From assembly GCA_963767925.1 (NCBI GenBank), contig CAVYGB010000008.1, positions 2,624,001 through 2,688,000 of the forward strand: a stretch of DNA of 64,000 nt, given 5' to 3'. The notes below the pieces were generated by a model. The model searched no databases. It was not told where the DNA came from and was given only the letters and a program-made list of their open reading frames with translations. Each line of letters starts with the position of its first letter. The first letter of the stretch is position 1. The translations under genes were made by a program, and so were the position numbers. This document shows positions 1 through 8,847 of this stretch, piece after piece. This stretch comes from an uncultured delta proteobacterium. Lineage in GTDB: Bacteria > Myxococcota_A > Polyangia > Fen-1088.

Positions 1-2619
1 TGGGACTTCATCATCGAGGGGCTCGAGGTGCTCAACCCCCCCGGTCCCCCACCCCGGCCCAAGTTCGAGGGCAAGAGGGTCAAGGGCCGGATGGGCCTCG
101 GCATCGGCGTCGGCTTCGAGGCCACCATCCAGATCGGGCCCATTCCCGGCCGGCTGACGGCGTCGTTCGGGGTCGGCTTCTCGGTAGCCCTCATCTTCAC
201 CCTGAAGTTCAAGGCGGACGGCGAATACCCCTGCACCGGGGACAGCAACACCAAGTGTTTCCTCGCCTCCACCGACCGCAAGAACCAGCGGGAGGCGGCC
301 CGGGCCTGCGCCAAGAAGGGGGCCCGCCTGGCCGAGATCCGCGGCACCCGCGACCGCGACGGCATCATGGCGGCCGCCGAGGGCGACCAGAACTACTGGA
401 TCGGGGGACAGCTCGCCTACCAGTACGCCGACCTCAACTGCGCCGACCCCGCCGCCACCAACCTCGACCGCGAGTGGTGCAAGCGGGAGAGCCAGACCTC
501 CTACCGCTGGATGGGGAGCGACCGCGAGTTCGCCATCTCCCGTGGGCTCGCCCGCGAGGTCGACTTCCTGAACTACGCCCAGATCCCCGCCCGCCCGCCG
601 GGCGGAGTCCAGCTCGTCACCGCCGTCCCCGACGCCGGTGGCCTGGCCTATCACGGCGCCTTCCAGAAGATCGTCACCCTGAAGCAGGACGTGGCCTTGC
701 CTTACGTCTGCGAGTTCGACGGCGTGGGCAAGACCAAATATACGGACATCTCGCTGGGGCTGGGCCTGGGGGTCAGCGTGGGGCTCGCGATGGGGTTTTA
801 CATCCCCAGCGAGCACTTCGGCTTCGGGGTCGAGGGCACCGTCGACTTCATCAGCGTGGGCCTCACGCCCACCCTCGGCTACCGGGAGTTCGTGCTCTAC
901 GACAACAACAACCGCTGGCTCGGCACCCGGGGCGAGACCTACACCGAGGGGCCCTGGGAGGTGAACCTGCTCTCCTGCGGCATCCGGGCGGTGGCCAACT
1001 TCCTGCTGTTCTCGGTCAAGTGGTCGCTGCTCGAGTACCCCGGCTTCAAGGTGGCAGGAGGCAAGCTCTGGGACGTGAGCTGGCCGACCCGCCAGGTCTC
1101 GGCCAACCGGCCCGAGCCACCGGTGGAGGCCCCCTCCACCCCGCCCAGCGTGCCCGACGACCAGAAGCTGACGGTGTTCGAGGGTGAGACCCTGGGCACC
1201 GAGCACCAGGTCGGACGCGCGGTCGGCGACGGCTGGGAGGCCAACGTGGGTCAAGACAACGCCGGCTACCTGGTCAGCGGCCCCGAGACGAGGGACATCC
1301 CCGCCGGCAAGCGGATGGCCACCTTCCGGATGAAGATCGACGTCAACACGGGCAACGATCGCGTCGCGGCCATCGAGGTGGTGGACGCCGCGAACGGGCA
1401 AGTCTACGCGAGCCGGAACGTCTACCGGAACGAGTTCTACGCCACCAACACCTGGATCGACTTCCCCCTGCTCTTCACCGCGCCGGGCGGGCGGGCGGTG
1501 CGCCTGCGCGTGTGGTGGGACGACACCGCCCTGCTCAGCGTGGATCGCATCGTCGTCGGGCCTCAGCGCAGCGACCTGCGCGACGCCATCGCCGTCCACA
1601 ACGGGCACTGGGGCGACTGGCAGGGGGTCAAATATTGCCCCGAGGACAGCTACGCGACCGGCTACCGCATGAAGGTGGAGGGCAACCAGGGCGGCGGCGA
1701 CGACACGGCCTTGAACAGCATCGAGCTCCAGTGCACCGACCGCGCCGGCAACAACGCCAACGTGTCGGCCCACCCCGGCTACTGGGGCGGCTGGAACGGC
1801 TGGAAATATTGCCCCAACAACAGCCTCATCAAGTCCGGATCCCTCAAGAACGAGTGGACCCAGGGGGGCGGCGACGACACCTCGGCCAACTCGGTCCGGG
1901 TCCAGTGCACCGACGGGAGCGAGATGGAGGCGCCAGGCGCCACCCCCTGGGGCGACTGGTACGGCTACGTCGCCTGCCCGGCGGGGCAGGCGGTGTGCGG
2001 CCTGGAGGCCCGCATCGAGAACCCTATCAACGGCGACGACACCGCCATGAACGGCCTGCGCTTCATCTGCTGCCAGTACGAGCGCCGGTCCGACAGCTCC
2101 ACCTCGATCGACCTGCAGGTGGAGGCCAGCGGCGCGGGGAGCTGGGCGGGTGCCAACCGCCAGACGGCCACCTGCGCGAACGGCTCGGCCCTGGCCGGGA
2201 TCAGCCGGCCGACCAACGGCGACTCCACCCACCGGGCGGTGTGCGGGAAATTCCCCGCCCTGACCAGCGGGCCGTCCACCGTGCTGTCGCTCCCCAGCGA
2301 CCAGCGGCGGGCGCAGCGGGGGGGCGACTGGGCTCCGAACAACTGGAAGCTCGAGTGTGGCCTCGACGAATACGTCTCGGGCATCTCCAGGAGCAGCGAC
2401 GGCACCGGCATCCAGTCGATCCGCTGCTCGGCGGGCGGCGGCACCAACCGCGGCTGCGAGCTCCGCTCGGTGGTCGACGGGGCCGGGTACGCCGGGGCCT
2501 ACGGGGACTGGGACCCCAACTACTTCAAGAGCGACTGCCCGGCCAACAAGGCCGTCGTGGGTGTCGCCGTCAGCGTCACCACCGCCCGCGCCAGCGGGGT
2601 GCTGTGTTGCGAGCTTTGA
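1..2619 (+). CDS. Large multidomain extracellular lectin-like protein, 5'-truncated by the window: beta-rich region with inserted C-type lectin domain, jelly-roll CBM-like domain, VMO-I domain and C-terminal Cys-rich beta-prism-like repeats
   Basis: Frame is open from base 1. C-type lectin pattern CFL..AARAC..GARLAEI..YWIGG..YVCE at about 232-715. VMO-I repeats WGDW..CP / GDDTALN..L.C at about 1597-2076. DW.P..K..C repeats at the C-terminus. Confidence 0.75.
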   Translation, partial: WDFIIEGLEVLNPPGPPPRPKFEGKRVKGRMGLGIGVGFEATIQIGPIPGRLTASFGVGFSVALIFTLKFKADGEYPCTGDSNTKCFLASTDRKNQREAARACAKKGARLAEIRGTRDRDGIMAAAEGDQNYWIGGQLAYQYADLNCADPAATNLDREWCKRESQTSYRWMGSDREFAISRGLAREVDFLNYAQIPARPPGGVQLVTAVPDAGGLAYHGAFQKIVTLKQDVALPYVCEFDGVGKTKYTDISLGLGLGVSVGLAMGFYIPSEHFGFGVEGTVDFISVGLTPTLGYREFVLYDNNNRWLGTRGETYTEGPWEVNLLSCGIRAVANFLLFSVKWSLLEYPGFKVAGGKLWDVSWPTRQVSANRPEPPVEAPSTPPSVPDDQKLTVFEGETLGTEHQVGRAVGDGWEANVGQDNAGYLVSGPETRDIPAGKRMATFRMKIDVNTGNDRVAAIEVVDAANGQVYASRNVYRNEFYATNTWIDFPLLFTAPGGRAVRLRVWWDDTALLSVDRIVVGPQRSDLRDAIAVHNGHWGDWQGVKYCPEDSYATGYRMKVEGNQGGGDDTALNSIELQCTDRAGNNANVSAHPGYWGGWNGWKYCPNNSLIKSGSLKNEWTQGGGDDTSANSVRVQCTDGSEMEAPGATPWGDWYGYVACPAGQAVCGLEARIENPINGDDTAMNGLRFICCQYERRSDSSTSIDLQVEASGAGSWAGANRQTATCANGSALAGISRPTNGDSTHRAVCGKFPALTSGPSTVLSLPSDQRRAQRGGDWAPNNWKLECGLDEYVSGISRSSDGTGIQSIRCSAGGGTNRGCELRSVVDGAGYAGAYGDWDPNYFKSDCPANKAVVGVAVSVTTARASGVLCCEL

Positions 2620-2651
2620 GCGGGACCACCTGCATCGACAGGACTGCCATC

Positions 2652-3482
2652 ATGAACACCTCGAAGCGCTCCCTGGAAGCCATCGCCCGCGTCGCGCTCG
2701 TCCTCCTCGCCGCCACCTCGGCCGGCTGCGGGGACGACGGCGGCAGCGTCACCCCCAACCCGGACGGCGGCGCGACTCTCGACGCCGGCGAGGATCTGGC
2801 CTACCCCCCGGGCGGCAACATCCCGCCCCCGCCCGATGGGGCCGAAGCGCCGATCATCACCATCGACGCCAACTACACGCCCGAGCAGGAGTGCTGCCCG
2901 GTGGAGCTGTCGATCCCCGATCCCGACGGCAACGAGGCGGTGGCCCGCCTGCTGGGCGACCAGGCGCCCCTCAACCAGGCAGGCGGCGTGCCGCTGACCC
3001 ACAGCAACGGGCGCTGGCGGGCCACGGTCTGCCTGCCGACCCACACCTGGATCAAATATCGCTTCCACTTCGGCACCAAGATGGTGCCGGCCGAGACCCC
3101 TCCTCCCCCCGACGCCAGCACCAGCGACGGGGAGGTCGACGCCGGCGTCGACGCGGGCACCACGGCCGCCCGGCAGGTCGCCTTCCGGGGCGGCATCCGC
3201 GCCGACGACGCCGACGGGGGCCCGCTGGCCGACGCCGGCGCCGGCCTCGAGTCGGACGGCGACGACAAGCCCGAAGCCGGCGAGGCCATCGACGCCGAGC
3301 CACCTCCCGTCTTCAGCCCCGACGCTCCCCCCGCCGCCGAACCCGACGCCGCGCTGGTCACCGTCGACGACTACCGCTGCACCACCGAGGCCCCCCAGGT
3401 GACCGAGGCCGAGGGGACCTACAACCTCTTTTCCGCCCTCACGACCTGCAGCTCCACCCAGAGCGGCAACGCAGCCCCCTGA
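2652..3482 (+). CDS. Lipoprotein with CBM48/AMPK-glycogen-binding-like Ig domain and acidic low-complexity linkers
   Basis: ATG at 2652; signal peptide ends LLAATSAGC (lipobox); VPLTHSNGRWRATVCLP..IKYRF resembles a CBM48-type motif; starts 32 bp after the previous gene. Confidence 0.55.
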   Translation: MNTSKRSLEAIARVALVLLAATSAGCGDDGGSVTPNPDGGATLDAGEDLAYPPGGNIPPPPDGAEAPIITIDANYTPEQECCPVELSIPDPDGNEAVARLLGDQAPLNQAGGVPLTHSNGRWRATVCLPTHTWIKYRFHFGTKMVPAETPPPPDASTSDGEVDAGVDAGTTAARQVAFRGGIRADDADGGPLADAGAGLESDGDDKPEAGEAIDAEPPPVFSPDAPPAAEPDAALVTVDDYRCTTEAPQVTEAEGTYNLFSALTTCSSTQSGNAAP

Positions 3483-3578
3483 GCCCGACCGCGCCGTCCA
3501 CGGCGGAACCCGGACCTGCTTGCCGCAGGCCCCCCATCGACTATCTTTAGCTCTGGCGGACCCATTTTTCGGTCCGAC

Positions 3579-3616
3579 CCGGACGAGGTGCGCCGTACCC
3601 GAGGCCAAGACGACGC
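3579..3616 (+). promoter_or_regulatory. Guanidine-III (ykkC-III) riboswitch
   Basis: CCGGACGAGGTGCGCCGTACCCG..CAAGACGACGC matches the ykkC-III aptamer as recalled and ends 15 nt upstream of an SMR/Gdx gene. Confidence 0.85.
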
Positions 3617-3631
3617 GGAAAGGCCCTCGTC

Positions 3632-3958
3632 ATGTCCTGGTTCCTGTTGCTCCTCGCCGGTGCCCTCGAAGTCTGCTGGGCGGTCGGTCTCAAGTACACG
3701 CACGGGTTCACCCGCCCCCTCCCCTCTCTGCTCGTGGCCGGCTCGGTCGCCGCCAGCCTGTTCCTGCTGGCGCTGGCCGTGCGGACGTTGCCGATCGGCA
3801 CGGCCTATGCCGTCTGGGTGGGCATCGGCGCGGTGGGCGCGGCCCTCGCAGGCATCCTCCTTCACGGCGAGCCGATCACGCCGGCGAGAGCGCTGTTCCT
3901 CGGCCTCCTGCTGCTGTCGCTGATCGGCCTCAAGCTCTCGGCGCCCACCGGCCAGTGA
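3632..3958 (+). CDS. sugE: SMR family guanidinium exporter Gdx/SugE
   Basis: 108 aa, 4 TM; motifs W..LLLAG.LEV.WA.GLK and [14 protein letters not shown]. Confidence 0.92.
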   Translation: MSWFLLLLAGALEVCWAVGLKYTHGFTRPLPSLLVAGSVAASLFLLALAVRTLPIGTAYAVWVGIGAVGAALAGILLHGEPITPARALFLGLLLLSLIGLKLSAPTGQ

Positions 3959-3961
3959 TCG

Positions 3962-4258
3962 TCATCGGCGCCGCCTGCGCCGGCCTTGCGGGCATCTCTG
4001 TCGGGCGACGACCTGAAGGGCTTCGCCCGACCCGGACCCGAAGAGACGCAAGCCCCCCAGGACGAGGGTCAGGGCCAGCCCGACCACGGGCAGCCACGCT
4101 TCGTGGCTGTCCCTGAGCTGACCGACCCAGCGCGGAGCCGGAAGCGCCCGCAGGGAATGCTCAGGACCCGCGTCTCTCTCCGCCCGAGACGCCACCGGCC
4201 CGCAGGCCCCCATGAACAGAGCCAGCGCGAGCGCCGCTCGAATCGAAACTGATCGCAT
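3962..4258 (-). CDS. Small putative lipoprotein/membrane protein (98 aa)
   Basis: Strong SD (AAGGAGG) before ATG 4258; signal MRSVSIRAALALALFMGAC; second hydrophobic segment near the C-terminus. Confidence 0.5.
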   Translation of the reverse strand: MRSVSIRAALALALFMGACGPVASRAERDAGPEHSLRALPAPRWVGQLRDSHEAWLPVVGLALTLVLGGLRLFGSGSGEALQVVARQRCPQGRRRRRR

Positions 4259-4534
4259 CGAAGTTCCTCCTTGGCGCGCCTCCTTGGCAAGGAGCGGGCC
4301 GACCGCGTGCGCCCTCCCGCCCGCAGAAAGCCAGGCCGTTGCTCTCCGCCCGCCACGGCGAGGGCGCCGTCGACAGTCGGACGGTCCAGGCCGCGGACAG
4401 CCCCGTCCAGAGTCCGTCCCTGCGGTTGGATCCGGGACGGCCCGCCCTCCCGCGCGCGCCGCAGGGTCTCGGGGGCATCCTGCAGGTCCGATGCGGAGCA
4501 GGCGCGACGGCCGGGGGCGAACAATTCCCCGTGA

Positions 4535-5002
4535 CGGAACGCCTCCGGTGTCCGTCGGTCCTTTGTCACGCTGATGCAGCAGGTGAGCCCGCAAGCGTAC
4601 CGGGGCAAACGGGTGCGCCTGTCGGCAGACATCGAGACGGCCGGCGTGGAGGGGGCGGGCCTGTGGATGCGCCTCGACGGCAAGACGGTCGACGACCGGC
4701 AGGAGCAGCTCGTCCTCGACAACATGAACGACCGGCGCATCACCGGCACCACCGCCCGCCGGAACTACCAGGTCGTGCTCGACGTCCCCGAGGTGACCAA
4801 GAACATCGCCTTCGGCGTCATGCTCCGCGACGGTGGGTCGCTCGAGGTCGGCAGCTTCGCCCTCGAGACGGTCGGCGCCGAGGTCCCGGTCACCGGCGAA
4901 TGGGGCGGCGCCCGCCCCGCCCCCCGCAACCTCGAGCCCCCAGCAGCCTACTTCCTTCGAGCCGTGACGATCCAGGCCCGCGAGTCGAACAGGACACCCT
5001 GA
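4535..5002 (+). pseudogene. Orphan jelly-roll domain of the type found with AraC regulators and erythromycin-esterase proteins; probably 5'-truncated
   Basis: Motif F.TLMQ..AYRGKRVRLSA..GAGLWMRLDG..DNM.DR.I.GTT..VVLDVP..IAFG; in-frame stop at 4532-4534 just upstream of the homologous segment. Confidence 0.55.
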
Positions 5003-6420
5003 CCCGTGTCGTGGGCGGTGAGGACCTCGCGCAGCCTGGCCAGCGCCTCCTGCGCCGGCGACGCTTCCATACCGGCGAGCAGGTCCTTCGTCATCTTCAT
5101 GTCGCACACGAGGTCGTATGCCGCCGCCACGTCGGGCCCGTAGTAGACCGGCTCGTGCACGTCCTCGAAGGCGACCTCGACGAAGCCGGCCCCGCCGAGG
5201 ATGGACTCGACCTTGGCCGGCTCGGCCAGCGAGAACGGATCCGGCCCGCGCGCCGGATGCGCGGGCGCGACGCCGCCGGTGAGCGCGTAGCGGACCGCGG
5301 TCGCCCACTCGTTGCGGTCCTCACCTTGCCAGACCAGCATCACCAGGCGGGCGCCGGCCCGCGCGGCGCGCGCGACGCTGGTGAACGCGGCGACCGGATC
5401 GCTGAAGAACATCGTCCCGAAACGGCTGATGACCACGTCGAAGTGGGCCGGCGGGAGAGGATCGACCTGCACATCACCCCGCTGGTAGGCCACGTTGCCC
5501 AACCCCTCCTCCGCCGTGCGCCGGCGGGCGCGCTCGAGCATCTCGTCGGAGATGTCCACGCCCAGCGCGCCTCCGGAGGTCGCGACTCGGGCGGCATCGC
5601 GGGTCGACTGCCCAGCCCCGCAGCCGATGTCGAGCACCCGGTCGCCCGGGCCGATGCGGGTGGCGACGCGCAGCCGCTGGTTGTGGCGGCGGAGCTCGGC
5701 ATCGTAGTTGTCGGCGAGCCGCCGGCGCGTCGCCCGAGCCTCGATCGAGCAGTCAACCAGGATGTCGGTCAGCTCCCGCGGGCGACTCAACGCCACACAG
5801 TGGCTGGCCGTGATCTCGATCGGCGTGACGCCGAGACGCTCGGAGACGACCCGACGAAGAAAGGCGGCCGGAAAGAAGCGATCCTCCGTGCACAGCACGA
5901 ACCTGGTCGGCACGTCGGGCCTGGCGGCGAGGGGCCAGGGCGAAGCCAGGGCGGCCTCCGACGGATGTGCGCGCTCCTTGCTCATCGCCTCCGCCGCCAG
6001 CGCGGGCGGCACGTCGTGATAGAAGCCGACGTACGGATCCTCGCTCCCGGTCTTGCCGCCGTCGCGCGCGGCCTGCTCCTGCACCGCCTGTCGATAGCCG
6101 GTATTGCCCCACCAGTCCCCCGGAGCCTCACCCGGCGACGGGATCATGCCGGCCACGTAGATCAGCGCATCGACCGGAAGCCGGGCGGCGACCAGCGGCG
6201 CGGTGAAACCTCCGAACGAGTGACCGACGACGACCAGATCCTTCCGGCCGCCGACGGCCTCGACAACCGCCTCGGCGTAGTCGGTCAGCTCCAGCGACGC
6301 ATCGTCCCCGGGAAGGTCCGGGGCCACCACGTCGTGCCCACGCGCACGCAACTCGGCCTCCACCAGATGCCAGTACCAGCCGACGTCACCCGCCCCGTGG
6401 ATCAACACGAAGGTGCTCAT
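4948..6420 (-). CDS. Fusion of an alpha/beta hydrolase with a class I SAM-dependent methyltransferase
   Basis: N-terminal FVLIHGAG, GHSFGG nucleophile elbow, EDRFF (Asp) and ASH (His); C-terminal VLDIGCGAG, GVDIS and FDVVISRFGTMFF; one uninterrupted frame. Confidence 0.85.
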   Translation of the reverse strand: MSTFVLIHGAGDVGWYWHLVEAELRARGHDVVAPDLPGDDASLELTDYAEAVVEAVGGRKDLVVVGHSFGGFTAPLVAARLPVDALIYVAGMIPSPGEAPGDWWGNTGYRQAVQEQAARDGGKTGSEDPYVGFYHDVPPALAAEAMSKERAHPSEAALASPWPLAARPDVPTRFVLCTEDRFFPAAFLRRVVSERLGVTPIEITASHCVALSRPRELTDILVDCSIEARATRRRLADNYDAELRRHNQRLRVATRIGPGDRVLDIGCGAGQSTRDAARVATSGGALGVDISDEMLERARRRTAEEGLGNVAYQRGDVQVDPLPPAHFDVVISRFGTMFFSDPVAAFTSVARAARAGARLVMLVWQGEDRNEWATAVRYALTGGVAPAHPARGPDPFSLAEPAKVESILGGAGFVEVAFEDVHEPVYYGPDVAAAYDLVCDMKMTKDLLAGMEASPAQEALARLREVLTAHDTGQGVLFDSRAWIVTARRK

Positions 6421-6641
6421 GGCCGGCATTCTGCACCGGGGCAGCGCCAGGTGCCCACTGCGCGGCCGGGCGCCGTGGGGGGACGAACGTTCAGGATGGG
6501 CGGCCGAAGCGGCGGCGCACGCGGTGCAGGCGAAGGACGCGCCGGCGCGGGCCAGGGAGGCGAGGCCGCGCAGGGTCCCGGGGTACGCCTGCAGGGAGAC
6601 GCAGGCTCGCTCCTGGGTGGTCCAGAGCTCCGTCCAGCACT

Positions 6642-7076
6642 CTACTCCGTGTACACCGTCTCTTCCGGGACGTCGGTGGGGCTCTCGAAGAGGAGGCGAT
6701 AGCCGTCGGGGTCGGTGAGCTCGGTGACCCAGAGACCGTTTCCGACGAAGGGGGTGCCGGCTTCGATCCCCCGCGACCGGAACTGCTCGTAGAGGGCGAT
6801 CGCGTCGGCGCACATGAAGCAGATCGAGACCCCCTGGCCCAGCTTGACTTCGGGACGGAAGGACGCCTCGCCGACCCTCGCGTACTCCTGCAGCATCAGG
6901 GCGGCGCTGCCGATCTCCAGCCAGCACCACCGGGTCTTCCCGTCGACCACCCACTGGTTGGTCACCCGGAACCCCAGCCCGTCGACGTAGTAGCGCAGGG
7001 TAACTTCCATGCTAGCGACGCCGAAGAACGGCACCGCCTGTTTCACGTTGGGATCGCGCGCGGGCTCCGCTGCCAC
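6642..7076 (-). CDS. VOC family (glyoxalase/bleomycin resistance) protein
   Basis: Motifs YYVDGLGF and ELTDPDGYRLLFES. Confidence 0.85.
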   Translation of the reverse strand: MAAEPARDPNVKQAVPFFGVASMEVTLRYYVDGLGFRVTNQWVVDGKTRWCWLEIGSAALMLQEYARVGEASFRPEVKLGQGVSICFMCADAIALYEQFRSRGIEAGTPFVGNGLWVTELTDPDGYRLLFESPTDVPEETVYTE

Positions 7077-7129
7077 GCTCCCAGCTTACCTCGATCGCCT
7101 GCGGCCGTGCGGCGCGCTCGACCCCGTGG

Positions 7130-8404
7130 CTAACGACAGGCTTCGCGCGGGGGGTCGAGGTGGGGGGACTTCAGGATGGAGCTGAAGCGGTAGCGGTTCG
7201 CTTCCTCGCAGAACTCGTCCAGCGGCAGGTCGTATTCGGTGTGGAAGACCGGCTTGCCCGCCTCGATGAACGGGAGCAAGCGTTCGCACTCGTTGTACTC
7301 GAAGCACTGCTCATTGACGGAGAAGTCGAAGTCGGCCACTAGATCTCGCACCTGATTCACGTCGTTCTTCAGGGCGACGGCCAGGCCCCGCCGGTGGGCC
7401 TCGGCGGCGACGAGCCGGTTGTACCGGATCTGGTCCTCGTACGTCAGATCGAAGCCGGACGACTCATGGGCCGAGGTGTCGTAGCCGTCGAGGTTGTCCG
7501 GCTCGACCGCGTCACACCCCTTCTCCACCGCCAGGTCCAGGCGCGAGCGGATGATCGGCAGCAGGAGGTCGATGGCCCGGATGTCGAGCCAGTTCTCGTC
7601 GGGGAACCCGTGGTACTCGTCGCCGATGACCGATTCGGGGAAACGATCGGCGTCCTCGCGCCAGTCCTCCCAGGCGCCCAGGTTGACGTAGCAGATCACC
7701 CGGCGTCCGCTCGCGTGCAGATCGGCCACCACGTCGCCGGAGTTGTCGAACAGGTCGATGTCGTAGACCTCGACGTCGTGATCGGCCGAGATGGGGGACC
7801 TGAGCTGCCAGTCCCACGTGGTTCCCACGCCCGGCCGCCACCATCCACCCCCCGACTGCGACGGCGGGAGGGGGGGCGGTGCTGGTGGAGGCGGTGGGGG
7901 CGGAGGAGGAGGTGGGGGTGGTGGTGGTAGAGGCGTCGGCGATGCCGGTGGAGGCAGCGGCGGGGCGGGCGGGAGCGGTGCAGGTGCCGGGGGCGGTGCT
8001 GGGGCGGGCGGCGCCGGTGATGGTGGAGGCGGGGGAGCTGGCGCCGGCGGAGGTCCTGGAGCGGGAGGAGGCGGTGCGGGCACCGGCGGAGGTACTGAAA
8101 CGGGCGGCGCCGGTAGTGGTGGAGGCGGGGGTGGCGCGGGTGGGGACGGGGTTGGTGGGGGCGGCGTCGGGTTCGGCGGCAACGGCGGGGCCCCGCCAGC
8201 ATCGCCCGGCGAAACCGGTCGAACGGGAACCGACGCGTCGGCCGAAGGACGGTCGTTGTGGACGCTGGACCCGGCCTCTGCCGTCGCGGAACCGTCCCTC
8301 CGCACCGGCGCGTCCGACGAGAGCATATTCCGAGGAACAGCCGACTCGGTCTGACAGGCCCCGGCCGCGAGCAAGATGAAAAGCGATAAGCCCCGCCTGA
8401 TCAC
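7130..8404 (-). CDS. GH114 endo-alpha-1,4-polygalactosaminidase lipoprotein with a long Pro-rich stalk
   Basis: Motifs WDWQL, DIDLFD, VICYVN.G.WEDWR.D, GCDAVEPDNLD, LKND and NEQC; lipobox LAAGAC; start GTG 8404 is inferred. Confidence 0.88.
   Translation of the reverse strand: MIRRGLSLFILLAAGACQTESAVPRNMLSSDAPVRRDGSATAEAGSSVHNDRPSADASVPVRPVSPGDAGGAPPLPPNPTPPPPTPSPPAPPPPPPLPAPPVSVPPPVPAPPPPAPGPPPAPAPPPPPSPAPPAPAPPPAPAPLPPAPPLPPPASPTPLPPPPPPPPPPPPPPPAPPPLPPSQSGGGWWRPGVGTTWDWQLRSPISADHDVEVYDIDLFDNSGDVVADLHASGRRVICYVNLGAWEDWREDADRFPESVIGDEYHGFPDENWLDIRAIDLLLPIIRSRLDLAVEKGCDAVEPDNLDGYDTSAHESSGFDLTYEDQIRYNRLVAAEAHRRGLAVALKNDVNQVRDLVADFDFSVNEQCFEYNECERLLPFIEAGKPVFHTEYDLPLDEFCEEANRYRFSSILKSPHLDPPREACR
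7860..8200 (-). repeat. Pro-rich low-complexity coding linker in the GH114 gene
   Basis: About 110 codons dominated by Pro and Ala. Confidence 0.9.
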
Positions 8405-8709
8405 CGGACCCACAGTATCACCCCTGACCCGCAGCCAGAAGTGACACCGGTCTCGAGGTTTATCGGGCCTTCTGGCGGTCGGCATCCTCGCCGGGGATAT
8501 CCGTGCCGCCGACGCTCCCCCTTCGTGGCGCCAGCGTCGCGGTCGTCCGTCAGCGCAGCTGGAACAGGCGGGGCACCAGCCGCGGGTCGCGAACAGCGGC
8601 CGGGCGGTGTCGCCGTCGATCTCGTGAATCTACGGGAGGGAAGCGGGGCCCAAGTCGATTTGAAGTAAAAGTCACTTTCACCCTCGGGAGAGGAAGCGAC
8701 GTCGGCGCG

Positions 8710-8737
8710 GGTCCAGGGGGCGGCTGCCCCCTGGACC
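8710..8737. repeat. Perfect 12-bp inverted repeat (REP-like hairpin)
   Basis: GGTCCAGGGGGC-ggct-GCCCCCTGGACC. Confidence 0.7.
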
Positions 8738-8847
8738 TGTCGGAGTGAACCCCCGACGGTCACGCCCTCGGCTCTTCAGGCGAACCCGGGATGAGCGAAA
8801 CGCGCTCTCATCCAATCACGTTCGCCCGCCGAGCCTCTCGCGGTGCT

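Noticed and set aside
8057..8071. 14/15 match to the reverse complement of the tRNA-Gly 3' end (possible second att site)
   Set aside because: Lies in frame inside the Pro-rich linker of an intact gene; such a match is expected by chance in G-rich low-complexity DNA
7791..8354. Gly-rich plus-strand ORF
   Set aside because: Antisense shadow of the Pro-rich GH114 linker
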